Assembly (NCBI GenBank): GCA_963770795.1
Contig: CAVYQR010000002.1
Span: 1,174,209 to 1,238,208, forward strand
DNA from: an uncultured Chloroflexia bacterium
GTDB lineage: Bacteria > Chloroflexota > Limnocylindria > Limnocylindrales > CSP1-4
Reading direction: 5' to 3'
DNA length: 64,000 nt
The notes below the pieces were generated by a model. It was not told the origin of the DNA. It saw nothing but the letters and a program-made list of their open reading frames with translations, and searched no databases. This document shows, piece by piece, positions 9,334 through 18,618 of this stretch (position 1 is its first letter; every line of letters starts with the position of its first letter). A program made the position numbers and the translations under genes.

Positions 9334-10713
9334 GTGAACCTCCCTGATCTCGGGCAATTCGACCCGGCCCTCCTGTTGCTCATCGTGCCGCTGCTGCTGA
9401 TCCAGCTCGGCCTGATGATCGTGGCAGTCGTGGACCTGCTGCGGGACGACCGCCGGGTGCGCGGCGGAAACAAGGGCGTCTGGGCACTGATCATCGTCTT
9501 CGTCAACCTGCTCGGCCCGATCCTGTACTTCCTGGTCGGCCGGGAGGAGGGTCCGCCCGAGCCCAGCGCACCGGGTCCGGGCGCGGTGCCGGGCTGGGGG
9601 AGCCCGCACGACCCGCCGATCGTGGTCGGCCCACAGGCGGGGGCGGCGGTGCCGGGCGGTCCGGCAGACGTGGCGCAGACCGAGCCGTCACCGGTGGCAG
9701 CGGCCACTGATGCCCCGGTCGTCCCATCGTCACCGGCTGCGCGGCCTGCCCTGCCCGACAAGCCCGCGGCAATCCGGGTCGAGGGCCTCACGAAGCAGTA
9801 TCCGGGCGGGGTGCTCGCGCTCGACGCGTTGTCGATGGCGGTCCCGACCGGGTCGGTGTTCGGCCTCCTCGGACCCAATGGCGCCGGCAAGACCACCTGC
9901 CTGCGGCTGCTGGCCGGGCTCACGCGGCCAACCGGCGGGCGGGCCATCGTGGGCGGCACGGTCGTCGAGGTGGATGCGCTCGCGGCGCGGCGCGGCCTGG
10001 GCTACCTCGAGCAGGATCCTCGTGCCTACGGCTGGATGACCGGTCGGGAGCAGCTCCGCCTCCTCGGTCGCCTGCACGGGATGGAGGGCACGGTCCTGGA
10101 TCGGGCAATCGACGACGCTCTGGCCCGGGTGGACCTCGGCGACGCGGCAGACCGGCGAGCCGGCACGTACTCGGGCGGCATGCGACAACGGCTCGGGATT
10201 GCCGGTGCGCTGGTCCACCGCCCGCCCGTCGTCATCCTGGACGAGCCGGTGAGCGCCCTGGATCCCGGGGGGCGACGCGACGTGCTGGGCCTGATCGCCG
10301 CCCTGCGCGGCGAGACGACCGTCCTCTTCTCGACCCACGTCCTCGCGGACGTGGAGCGCATCTGCGACCGCGTGGGGATCCTGGATCACGGGCGGCTGGT
10401 CGTTGAGGGTCCCCTCGAGGAACTGCTGGACAGGTACGCGCTGCCGGTGTGGCGGGTCGAGGCGGAGCCCGGCCAGGATGCGGCGCTGGACGCGCTGGCC
10501 ATGCGCCTGCGCGAGCTTCCATGGGTCACCGCATCCGGCGTGGAGCACGGCCTGCTGACCGTTGCCGCGTCAGATCCCGATATCGCGGCTCGCGACCTGC
10601 TGCAGATCGTCGGCACGGCAGACCTGGCGATCGTCTCGGTCGCCCGGGCCCGCCCCACCCTCGAGGACGTGTTCCTCCGCCTGACGGGCGACACGGGGGA
10701 GGCAGCAGCGTGA
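9334..10713 (+). CDS. fusion protein: PLDc_N membrane domain (YxlE-like) + Pro/Ala-rich linker + ABC transporter ATP-binding domain (YxlF-like)
   Basis: N-terminus LLLIVPLLLIQLGLMIVAVVDLL...VWALIIVFVNLLGPILYFLVGR matches the PLDc_N (PF13396) pattern. A ~90-aa P/A-rich linker follows, then Walker A GPNGAGKTT, LSGG signature and Walker B. GTG start at 9334. Confidence 0.8.
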   Translation: MNLPDLGQFDPALLLLIVPLLLIQLGLMIVAVVDLLRDDRRVRGGNKGVWALIIVFVNLLGPILYFLVGREEGPPEPSAPGPGAVPGWGSPHDPPIVVGPQAGAAVPGGPADVAQTEPSPVAAATDAPVVPSSPAARPALPDKPAAIRVEGLTKQYPGGVLALDALSMAVPTGSVFGLLGPNGAGKTTCLRLLAGLTRPTGGRAIVGGTVVEVDALAARRGLGYLEQDPRAYGWMTGREQLRLLGRLHGMEGTVLDRAIDDALARVDLGDAADRRAGTYSGGMRQRLGIAGALVHRPPVVILDEPVSALDPGGRRDVLGLIAALRGETTVLFSTHVLADVERICDRVGILDHGRLVVEGPLEELLDRYALPVWRVEAEPGQDAALDALAMRLRELPWVTASGVEHGLLTVAASDPDIAARDLLQIVGTADLAIVSVARARPTLEDVFLRLTGDTGEAAA

Positions 10714-11483
10714 GCGGGTTCGGAGCCCTGCTGCGGAAGGAGCTTGTCGAGGCGTGGCGGACTCGACGCCTTCCCGTCGTGGGCGTGCTGTTCCTCGTCG
10801 TCGGCATCATGTCGCCGCTCACCGCCCGCTATCTCAACGAGATCCTGGGTGTTGCCCTCGGGGACCAGCTCCCGCTGGGGCTGCCGGATCCGACGGCGGC
10901 GATGTCACTCGAGCAGCTCCAGAAGAACCTGGGGCAGATGGGTGCCCTCGCCGCGATCGCGCTGGCGATGGGCAGCGTCTCGGGAGAGCTGGACCGCGGG
11001 ACGGCCGCGATGGTGCTCTCCCAGCCCGTGGGCAGGCCGGCATTCCTGGCGGCGAAGCTGCTGGCGATTGCCGTGGTGCTCGGCGTCGCCACGCTGCTCG
11101 CCTCGGTCGCGGCCTGGCTCTACACCACGATCCTGTTCGAACCGCTGCCGGTCGGCGGGTGGCTGGCGATGACAGCGCTCTCGTGGCTGGCGCTGGTCGC
11201 GTGGGCGTCGCTGACGTTCTTCGCCTCTGCGGCCACGGGCTCGACCATTGCCGCTGCGGGCCTCGGCTTCGTGGGCCTCCTCGGCTCCGGGCTGCTGGCC
11301 TTCATCCCGGCGCTGGACCGCCTGCTGCCGACCGGGCTGTCGGCCCCCGCGATCGCGCTGGCGGCGGGTGACGGCACAGCCGTGGACGGCGCGCGCCTCG
11401 CCACCGCCGTGATCGGCACCCTCGTCCTGATCGCGGCCGCCCTGGGCCTTGCGGTCGCGGCGTTCCGCCGCCGGGAGCTGTAA
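10710..11483 (+). CDS. ABC-2 family transporter permease (YxlG-like)
   Basis: GTG start overlaps upstream stop. Six TM helices. Partner of the fused ATPase. Confidence 0.7.
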   Translation: MSGFGALLRKELVEAWRTRRLPVVGVLFLVVGIMSPLTARYLNEILGVALGDQLPLGLPDPTAAMSLEQLQKNLGQMGALAAIALAMGSVSGELDRGTAAMVLSQPVGRPAFLAAKLLAIAVVLGVATLLASVAAWLYTTILFEPLPVGGWLAMTALSWLALVAWASLTFFASAATGSTIAAAGLGFVGLLGSGLLAFIPALDRLLPTGLSAPAIALAAGDGTAVDGARLATAVIGTLVLIAAALGLAVAAFRRREL

Positions 11484-11512
11484 CCGAATCGCCCGGGGAC
11501 CCGCGAATCAGG

Positions 11513-11540
11513 AACGGCGCCCTGGTGGGCGCCGTTTCGG
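11513..11540 (+). terminator. GC-rich hairpin terminator downstream of ABC permease
   Basis: AACGGCGCCC-tggt-GGGCGCCGTT stem-loop followed by TTCGGGG. Confidence 0.5.
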
Positions 11541-11550
11541 GGTTGCCAGG

Positions 11551-11573
11551 GGGGCCGGGGAGATCCCCGGCCC
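11551..11573 (-). terminator. hairpin terminator immediately downstream of rpmE (convergent)
   Basis: GGCCGGGG-agat-CCCCGGCC inverted repeat 5 nt after rpmE stop. Confidence 0.5.
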
Positions 11574-11577
11574 GGCG

Positions 11578-11790
11578 TCAGGCGCGAGCCTGGCGCTCCA
11601 TGCGGCGCTGGAAGCGCTCCACCTGGCCGGCCGTGTCGATGATGTTCTGCTTGCCGGTGAAGAACGGGTGGCAGTTGCTGCAGACGTCCACGCGCAACTC
11701 CTCGCGCGTCGAGCCGAGCTCGAAGTCGATGCCGCACGAGCCGCAATGGATCTTCGCCAGGTAGTACTTGGGGTGGGTGTCGGGCTTCAC
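11578..11790 (-). CDS. rpmE: 50S ribosomal protein L31, Zn-ribbon (C+) type
   Basis: MKPDTHPKYYLAKIHCGSCG...CSNCHPFFTGKQ. Four Cys of the zinc ribbon conserved. Confidence 0.92.
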   Translation of the reverse strand: MKPDTHPKYYLAKIHCGSCGIDFELGSTREELRVDVCSNCHPFFTGKQNIIDTAGQVERFQRRMERQARA

Positions 11791-11860
11791 GAGGGCTCCT
11801 CAGGCGCCGTCCGTGCGGGTCAGGCCCGCCGGTGGTCGCCGCTGTGGCTGGACGGAGGTC

Positions 11861-12142
11861 TTAGGCCTCGGCCGCGGCCGGCTCTGCCGCAACCGGGATC
11901 ACCCGGACGCGCTTCTTGTCGCGGGTCTCGTGCTCGAAGCGCACCCGCCCGTCGACCTTGGCGAAGATCGTGTAGTCGTGGCCAAGCCCGGCGCCCTCGC
12001 CCGCCTTGAACGTCATCCCGCGCTGGCGCACGATGATCGAGCCGGACCGGACCAGCTGGCCGTCGCCGGCCTTGACGCCGAGTCGCTGGCCAGCGCTGTC
12101 GCGGCCGTTCTTGACGCTGCCGCCTGCCTTCTTGTGGGCCAT
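11861..12142 (-). CDS. rpmA: 50S ribosomal protein L27
   Basis: [24 protein letters not shown]... canonical L27 N-terminus. Confidence 0.95.
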   Translation of the reverse strand: MAHKKAGGSVKNGRDSAGQRLGVKAGDGQLVRSGSIIVRQRGMTFKAGEGAGLGHDYTIFAKVDGRVRFEHETRDKKRVRVIPVAAEPAAAEA

Positions 12143-12145
12143 TGC

Positions 12146-12826
12146 TTACTCGTCCTTCTTCGCGCGGGTCCGCTTGCGCGGCGCCGCTGCCGGGGTCTTC
12201 TCGGCCTTCGGGGCTTCGTCGGTCGTCGCGGGAGCATCGGGCGCCGCGGTCTCGTCGGCCTCGAGGGCCGCCGCTTCCACGTCGGTCTCGGTGGGTGACT
12301 CGGCGGCGGGGGTTTCGGTGGGGGTCTCGGCGGGAGCCGCCTTGGTCCGGGTGCGCTTCGGGGCGGTTGTCCCCTTGGCGGGCGCGGCTGCGGCAAGCTT
12401 CGCGGCGAGGGCGGCGTCCTCGGCCGCCTGGCGCGCCGCTGCCTCCTCGATCTTCCTGCGCTCGTCGGCCTTGCTGCTCGCCGGCTTCTCGATGCCCTCC
12501 GCGGCACTCTTGCCGTTGAAGCGGATATCCGCGATCCGGAGCACCGTCAGGTCCTGACGGTGGCCCTTCTTCACGCGGCGGCGGGCCTTCGGGCGGTACT
12601 TGAATGCGATGACCTTGTCACCGCGGGTCTGGCCGACGACTTCGGCCTCGACGGCCGCACCATCCACCACGGGGGTGCCGATGGCGGCTTCGGCTCCGTC
12701 GGCGACGAGGAGCACACGCTCCAGCGTGATCGACTGGCCGGGCTCGACGTCGAGCAGCTCCACCTCGAGCTCGGTGCCGACCTCGACGCGGTACTGCTTC
12801 CCGCCGGTCTCGATGACTGCGTACAT
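12146..12826 (-). CDS. rplU: 50S ribosomal protein L21 with ~120-aa Ala/Lys/Glu/Pro-rich C-terminal extension
   Basis: MYAVIETGGKQYRV...KKGHRQDLTVLRIADI core (~105 aa), then a long low-complexity tail (AAKLAAAAPAKGTTAPKRTRTKAAP...). Start ATG at 12826 (the upstream part of ORF 12146..12943 is non-homologous). Confidence 0.85.
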   Translation of the reverse strand: MYAVIETGGKQYRVEVGTELEVELLDVEPGQSITLERVLLVADGAEAAIGTPVVDGAAVEAEVVGQTRGDKVIAFKYRPKARRRVKKGHRQDLTVLRIADIRFNGKSAAEGIEKPASSKADERRKIEEAAARQAAEDAALAAKLAAAAPAKGTTAPKRTRTKAAPAETPTETPAAESPTETDVEAAALEADETAAPDAPATTDEAPKAEKTPAAAPRKRTRAKKDE

Positions 12827-12955
12827 GGGTCCTCGGAAAGAGCGATGGCGGCCACGGGGGATCGCGGCGCGGACACGGAGATACGCCTGCGACCATCGCG
12901 GGCGCGAAGGGAGAGTGTAGGGTGGATCGGCCGCGTGCGTCAAAGCGCCCGTGCA

Positions 12956-13828
12956 TCAGTGTCGTCCGTGTGTCAGATGCCGCCCGTGTCGCCGCCGCGG
13001 GTCAGGGCGCCGGTCCGGAGCGCGAGGCGTTGGCGCCCGGACGGGGGGCGTTGGCCGACGTCGCGGCACCGGTTTCTCCGCGACGGGCAACGCCGCCAGG
13101 ACCAGCCGCTCCCGGACGAGCGAGCGGACCCCCAGGGGGAATCCCACCTGCTCCTCGAGCGCGGCAAGCAGTTCCTCGGGCCGGCCGACGCCCTTCTCTG
13201 GGTCATGCCGGAGGGTCATCCGCAGGATCGGACCGGGGACGGTTGGCGCTCCATCGGGAACGGTGACGAGGTCCGCAACCTCGATCGCCTCCACGAACGG
13301 GCGCAGATCGTAGGCGATCGTCGCTTCTCCCTTCCGGCGCACGCGCGGGAGCGTGACCGCTGCGCATAGCGTCCTGGCCGCACCGCGGACGGCCACGAGG
13401 TCCGCGTCCGGCGGCAGACCCGCTCGGTAGACCGAGGCCGTGACGCGTCCCGGCAACGGCGCCTCGCCGAGCCACACGTCGTATACGTCCACCATCGAAT
13501 GCCCGGGCGGGAGGACAGCTGTCAGCGCCTCGCGGACCCGCCAACGTGGGAGCCGCTGCGTGAGCCACACATCCAGCAGCTCCGCCTCGCCGGGGATGGC
13601 GGCGGCCAGCGGCGCGGCGGCGGCGAATCGAGGCCGGCCCCGCGGCCCGTCCAGCCCGGCCACGGGTAGCCCCGATCCTGCAAGCGCAGTCTCCCAGGCC
13701 GTCGGCTGCGATCGCTGGTCGTCACCGAGGGTGAGCGGGGCTCGGGCCAGGACGAGCCGCCACCGCTGGACAGGTTGCCGCGGCGGCGGCTGGGGGGTGG
13801 CCTGAGGGAGTGCAGGGGCGCCAATCAC
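12956..13828 (-). CDS. DUF2344 / TIGR03936-like protein (radical-SAM-associated family found next to rplU-rpmA in Actinobacteria)
   Basis: Conserved blocks (AWETALAGSGLPVA, PRFAAAAPLAAAIPGEAELLDVWL) match the family pattern. Synteny upstream of rplU. Tentative. Confidence 0.5.
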   Translation of the reverse strand: MIGAPALPQATPQPPPRQPVQRWRLVLARAPLTLGDDQRSQPTAWETALAGSGLPVAGLDGPRGRPRFAAAAPLAAAIPGEAELLDVWLTQRLPRWRVREALTAVLPPGHSMVDVYDVWLGEAPLPGRVTASVYRAGLPPDADLVAVRGAARTLCAAVTLPRVRRKGEATIAYDLRPFVEAIEVADLVTVPDGAPTVPGPILRMTLRHDPEKGVGRPEELLAALEEQVGFPLGVRSLVRERLVLAALPVAEKPVPRRRPTPPVRAPTPRAPDRRPDPRRRHGRHLTHGRH

Positions 13829-13954
13829 GCGTGCTAGTCTGCCGTTGATGCGGCCTGCTGTCCCGATGGATCCCGGTCAACCGATCCGGCCCGGGCGATC
13901 GTGCTCCGCCCGCGGCTCCGGGCGCCGGGTCCGCGCGACCATTGACACGCTTCG

Positions 13955-14635
13955 ATGAGCATCCCCGACCCGTACAAGATCCTCCAGGTTGATCCCGAGG
14001 CCGAGCCCGAGGTCGTCAGGACGGCCTACCGGAGACTCGCCCGCAAGTACCACCCGGACGTCGCAACCGGCCCCGATGCGCAGCAGCGCATGGTCCAGAT
14101 CAACCAGGCCTGGGAGATGCTGCGGGACCCGGTCCGGCGCGCAGCGGTGGACAGGGCGCAAGCGCGTGCTGCCGACGCCGCGGCCCGTGTGGCGGCCGCC
14201 AACGCACACATCCACGTCCGGACGCATCCGGGAGCCGCAGCGCCGGATCGGCGACCAACGCCGCCGTTCCAGGGCGTACACGATGCGGGAGGCCAGTCAA
14301 GCTACGGCTCGGACCCCTTCTCACCCGACTGGTCGGCCGGACGCTCGGCGTCCGGCGGGGGCTACGACCCGCGGACGATGAGGACCGCCCAGGGCGTCGG
14401 GTCCGCCGGACCCCCCCCGGGCAACCCGTCCGGGAGCGTGCTCAACTTCGGCCGGTACTCCGGCTGGACGCTGGGCGAGGTTGCCCGGACGAACCTCGAG
14501 TACCTGGAGTGGCTGGACCGGATGCCGATCGGCCGAACGTACCAGTTCGAGATCGACGGCCTCTTGCGCTCCCATGGACGCCGGACCACGGCGCCCGCCC
14601 AGCCTCAGCGGCGAGGGCTCTTCCGCCGGCGCTGA
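13955..14635 (+). CDS. J-domain (DnaJ-like) protein with C-terminal DUF3820-like segment
   Basis: N-terminal DPYKILQV...AYRRLARKYHPDV J-domain with HPD motif. C-terminal NFGRYSGWTLGEVARTNLEYLEWL resembles the DUF3820 motif. Confidence 0.75.
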   Translation: MSIPDPYKILQVDPEAEPEVVRTAYRRLARKYHPDVATGPDAQQRMVQINQAWEMLRDPVRRAAVDRAQARAADAAARVAAANAHIHVRTHPGAAAPDRRPTPPFQGVHDAGGQSSYGSDPFSPDWSAGRSASGGGYDPRTMRTAQGVGSAGPPPGNPSGSVLNFGRYSGWTLGEVARTNLEYLEWLDRMPIGRTYQFEIDGLLRSHGRRTTAPAQPQRRGLFRRR

Positions 14636-14663
14636 GTGCGCCTGGCTGCCCACGCGGCCGCCG

Positions 14664-15785
14664 TCACCATTCGGCACGATGCTGGCGGATGTTGACGCTC
14701 TGCACGATCCCCAGTCCGACGGCGAGGCTTACCAGCGATGCCCCGCCGTGCGTGACGAACGGCAGCGGGATGCCGGTGACCGGCAGGATCCCGATCACCA
14801 TCCCGACGTTCACGAAGACCTGGAACAGCACCATCGTGGCCAGACCAGCCCCGAAGAGGGTTCCGAACGGATCGCGCGACCGCCAGGCGCAGGCGAGGAT
14901 CCGCCACAGCAGCGCGGCGAACAGCAGGAACACGACGAGCGCTCCGACAAACCCCAGCTCCTGGGCGAGAACTGCGAACACGAAGTCGCTCTCCTGGACG
15001 GGCAGGAACTCGCCTCGGCTCTGGGTCCCGTTGGTCAGGCCTGTGCCGAAGGGACCGCCAGAGCCGACCGCGATCTGGGACTGGATCACCTGCCAGCCGG
15101 ACCCCTGCGCGTCTGCGGCAGGATCAAGGAATGAGAGGATCCGGTCCTTCTGGTAGTCGCGCAGCACGTAGGTCCAGGCCAGTGGGATCGCCGCCAGCAC
15201 GCCGACCGCCATCGCAAGGAGCCAGCGCAGGCTGGCCCCGGACATGAACAGCATCCCGGCGAGGATCGAGGCGAGCACGAGGGACGTCCCCAGGTCCGGC
15301 TGCAGCATGACCAGGATCCACGGCGGGCCCATCAGGAGACAGGCTCCCAGGATCGCCGATAGCGAGTCCAGGCGGCCTTCCCGGTTGCCGAGGTACGTCG
15401 CCAGCACGATCATCATCAGGATCTTCGCCAGCTCGGAGAACTGGAACGTGAACGGCCCGATCGCCACCCAGCGGGCCGAGCCGCCGACGCCGTCGCCGAT
15501 GGCGAGGGTCAGGATCAGCAGCCCGACGTTGATCCCGTAGATTGGCCACGCCAGCGTCTTGAACCAGCGGTAGTCGAACAGGGTGACGAGGACGAAGACC
15601 ACCATTGCCAGCGCGGACCACATGAGGGCTCGCGAGAACACCGTTCCGCCCGTGAGGACCGACTGGCCCGCCTCGACGCTGTTGGTGTAGGCCATGACCA
15701 GGCCGATGGCCCCGAGCAGCGCCGCGTACGTGGTGAGCTGCAGGTCATAGGAACGCCAGGCCGCACCGATCGACCGCGAGGTCAT
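14664..15785 (-). CDS. rodA: peptidoglycan glycosyltransferase RodA (SEDS family)
   Basis: FtsW/RodA/SpoVE family membrane protein, immediately downstream of mrdA. Start set at MTSRSIG. Confidence 0.85.
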   Translation of the reverse strand: MTSRSIGAAWRSYDLQLTTYAALLGAIGLVMAYTNSVEAGQSVLTGGTVFSRALMWSALAMVVFVLVTLFDYRWFKTLAWPIYGINVGLLILTLAIGDGVGGSARWVAIGPFTFQFSELAKILMMIVLATYLGNREGRLDSLSAILGACLLMGPPWILVMLQPDLGTSLVLASILAGMLFMSGASLRWLLAMAVGVLAAIPLAWTYVLRDYQKDRILSFLDPAADAQGSGWQVIQSQIAVGSGGPFGTGLTNGTQSRGEFLPVQESDFVFAVLAQELGFVGALVVFLLFAALLWRILACAWRSRDPFGTLFGAGLATMVLFQVFVNVGMVIGILPVTGIPLPFVTHGGASLVSLAVGLGIVQSVNIRQHRAEW

Positions 15786-15837
15786 GTCGGCGAAACGGCC
15801 GGGCTCCGCCCGCATCACGCGCATCCGGTCGCGCCCC

Positions 15838-17739
15838 CTAGTTGCTCTGGTAGAAGTTGCCGCGCTTGAGCAGGTCGCGGTTCAGGTAGTCCTTCTTGAT
15901 GTGGAAGTGGTACTGGAGGAAGGCCTTGGCGATCTCCGTTGCCGCGTTGCCCTTTGTCCGGGAGTCGTAGGCAAAGGCGAGGAACACCAGCTCGGAAGTG
16001 GCCTTGGTGAAGTCGGCCTTGTACGGGTCCTTGGGCACGAAGCCGACGAACCAGGAGTGGAACGGCAGGCGGCCCTTGCTGTCGCGCTTCCCGAACTCCG
16101 CCGTGCCGGACTTGCCGGCCACCTTCACGGGCATGTCCACCAGGTTGTACGTGTGGCGGAGGGTGACGGTGGAGCGGGCCGCCAGCCGCATCGACCGCAG
16201 CGTCTTGGCCGAGACCGGCAGCTTCCGGATCAGGTCCGGCTCGAACGACTGAACGACCTCGCCGTCGGGCCCGATGATCTCGCGGACGAGCTGGGGGCGG
16301 TACAACTTGCCGCCATTGGCGAGCGCGGCGAAAGCGTTGACCAGCTGGATCGGCGTGACAACGTCGTAGCCCTGCCCGATGCCAGACTGGTAGACCTCGC
16401 CGGCGAACATCGGCTGGCCCAGGGCATCGATCTTCCACTGGTTGGAGGGCACGATGCCGGCGGCTTCGCCCGGCAGGTCGATGCCGGTGGGTGCGCCAAA
16501 GCCGTACATCTTGCCCCAGTAGGCCAGGCGATCAGCGCCGAGCATGCCCGCGAGCTGGAAGAAGTAGGTGTCGGACGAGTGCCCGAACCCGCAGTTCATG
16601 TTGCAGGCCCCGAAGCCGCGGCGGTTCCAGTCGTAGAAGCGGGTCGATCCCAGGACCAGGTACGGCCTCGTCCGGATCTTCGTCCCGGCCGTGATCTTGC
16701 GGTCCTGGATGGCGCCGGTGCCGGTGACCAGCTTGTAGGTGGAACCCGGCGGGTAGTGCGCCTGCACCGCGTGGTTGGTCAGCGGCTTCTCCTTGTTCGC
16801 GACGAGCGCCTGGAAGTCCTTGTTGGAGATCCCCTTGGCGAACAGGTTGTTGTCGTACGAGGGGAGGCTGACGAGCGCGAGCACCTCGCCGGTCTGCGGG
16901 TTCATGACGATGAACACGCCGCGCTTGAGGCCTGCTGCCTTGATGCCCCACTTGAGCGCGGCCGTGGCTTCCTTCTGGACTGTCCGGTCGATCGTCAGCG
17001 TCAGCGATGCGCCCGGCACCGCATCCTGTTCGGTCCGCAGCACCTGGACGTCCCGGCCGGTGGCATCGCGCTCCACCAGCTCGATGCCGTACGTCCCGCG
17101 CAGGGCCGACTCGAACGTCGCTTCCACCCCGGCCTTGCCGATCATGTCGTCGGGCAGGTAGCCGCTGTCAGCGAGCTTCTTGAGCGTGGGGCCGTCAACG
17201 GGTCCCGTATACCCGAGGATGTGGGAGAGGAGCGGGCCATCCGGGTACTCGCGCCGCGTCTCGACCGCGACCTGGACGCCGGGCAGCACGTCCGACGATT
17301 CAGCGACGACGCGTGCCACATCCTCGGGAACGTCCTGTGCAATCCGGACGGGGTCGAACCTCGAGCCAGGCGTGCTGTCGAGCGTCGTGATGATGTCCGA
17401 AGCCTCCATGCCCAGCAGGCCCCCGAGACGGCGCGAAACGTCGTCGCGGCGACTGAAGGGGAGGTTGGCCGGGGTGATCCGCACGGCGAAGGTCGCGATG
17501 TTGGTGACCAGCGGCTGGCCCGTGCGGTCGAAGATGAGGCCGCGCGGAGCCGGCACCGCCACCTCTGCCGTTCGGTTCGCCGCTGCCTGCGCCGCATACT
17601 CAGGCCCGTTGGACAGCTGCAGGTACGCGAGCCGGGTGGTGAGCAGTCCGAAGACCAGGATCGCCGCCAGCCCGAACGCGAGGAAGCGGATCGGGCGACG
17701 ATCGCGCTCTGGGCGTGGGACCAGGTAGGCGTCGTTCAC
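15838..17739 (-). CDS. mrdA: penicillin-binding protein 2 (peptidoglycan D,D-transpeptidase MrdA)
   Basis: 633 aa, N-terminal TM helix, PBP dimerisation and transpeptidase domains (SxxK, SxN, KTG-like motifs present). Between mreD and rodA. Confidence 0.9.
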   Translation of the reverse strand: MNDAYLVPRPERDRRPIRFLAFGLAAILVFGLLTTRLAYLQLSNGPEYAAQAAANRTAEVAVPAPRGLIFDRTGQPLVTNIATFAVRITPANLPFSRRDDVSRRLGGLLGMEASDIITTLDSTPGSRFDPVRIAQDVPEDVARVVAESSDVLPGVQVAVETRREYPDGPLLSHILGYTGPVDGPTLKKLADSGYLPDDMIGKAGVEATFESALRGTYGIELVERDATGRDVQVLRTEQDAVPGASLTLTIDRTVQKEATAALKWGIKAAGLKRGVFIVMNPQTGEVLALVSLPSYDNNLFAKGISNKDFQALVANKEKPLTNHAVQAHYPPGSTYKLVTGTGAIQDRKITAGTKIRTRPYLVLGSTRFYDWNRRGFGACNMNCGFGHSSDTYFFQLAGMLGADRLAYWGKMYGFGAPTGIDLPGEAAGIVPSNQWKIDALGQPMFAGEVYQSGIGQGYDVVTPIQLVNAFAALANGGKLYRPQLVREIIGPDGEVVQSFEPDLIRKLPVSAKTLRSMRLAARSTVTLRHTYNLVDMPVKVAGKSGTAEFGKRDSKGRLPFHSWFVGFVPKDPYKADFTKATSELVFLAFAYDSRTKGNAATEIAKAFLQYHFHIKKDYLNRDLLKRGNFYQSN

Positions 17740-18236
17740 CAGTCCACCCGCTCGGCCTCGCGGCGGCGCCAGACGATGGCCACGACAAGCGGGCCCACCA
17801 GCGCTGCGAGCACCGTGTCGTACAAGGCTGACGGAACCACGGCGTTGAGCGCCGCGTTCGAGAGCGGCACGTTGGTCAGGGCTGTGGTGGCCAAGAGGAG
17901 AAGCATGAAGTAGACAATGCTCGCGATCGGCGTTGCGATGACGGGGGCGATGATCCTTGCGCGGCTGAGGAGACCGCCGATAAGGGAGGCAATCCCGATG
18001 GCGACGAGGGCCGCGAATGCGGACGAGCCGAGCGGTCGCTGGCCCAGGATGTCGAGAGCGAGGCCTCCGACGAAGGCCCAGACAAGACCGGCTTCGAGTC
18101 CACCGGCGATGGCCCAGATGACCCCGAAGACGAGGACCGGGTGCAGGGTGGCGTTGCCGACCTGAAGGTATTCAACGATCGTGAACTCGGCGAGCGCGGC
18201 AACCACCGCGGCCGCCGCGGCAATGATGAGATGCAT
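17736..18236 (-). CDS. mreD: rod shape-determining protein MreD
   Basis: Small polytopic membrane protein directly upstream of mrdA (4-nt overlap). Start ATG 18236 (MHLIIAAAA). Confidence 0.65.
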   Translation of the reverse strand: MHLIIAAAAAVVAALAEFTIVEYLQVGNATLHPVLVFGVIWAIAGGLEAGLVWAFVGGLALDILGQRPLGSSAFAALVAIGIASLIGGLLSRARIIAPVIATPIASIVYFMLLLLATTALTNVPLSNAALNAVVPSALYDTVLAALVGPLVVAIVWRRREAERVDW

Positions 18237-18371
18237 TGGGGTCTTCGATCCTCGGCTGACGAGCCGACGGTCGGGTGCAGGCGGGTGGCGACCGCGACGA
18301 CGGAGTGACAGCTTTGCGCAGGGTGAGTATCCCACGCGACCCCGGAACCAGCAATCGTCGCTCTCTCGGTG

Positions 18372-18387
18372 TGTTGCACGTGAAACA
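18372..18387. promoter_or_regulatory. parS centromere site (TGTTGCACGTGAAACA, 16/16 match to TGTTNCACGTGAAACA consensus)
   Basis: Read directly from sequence. Lies in the 380-bp intergenic region upstream of parA. Confidence 0.85.
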
Positions 18388-18454
18388 TGGCTGGGCCCGT
18401 CTCGCGTCGGAGATGGTCGCTCGGCTTGGCGTCCACAACCGACGCCCGACGTGC

Positions 18455-18470
18455 TGTTGCACGTGAAACC
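18455..18470. promoter_or_regulatory. second parS-like site (TGTTGCACGTGAAACC, 15/16)
   Basis: Read directly from sequence, 83 bp downstream of the first site. Confidence 0.75.
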
Positions 18471-18618
18471 TCACGACCGGGTGCCTGGGGTCCGGGTAAG
18501 GCAGGCGATAAGCGGACAACGGCACGATGGGACCGCGCCGGAGGGGCTCATTCGATCGAGAATCGGGCCTCCGATGCTAGAATTGACCTTCATGGGAATG
18601 ATTGGAGCGGGAGGCTGA

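Noticed and set aside
18237-18618. DnaA boxes / oriC in the parS-containing spacer
   Set aside because: No TTGTCCACA-like boxes or AT-rich DUE here. The dnaA-dnaN spacer is the better oriC candidate.
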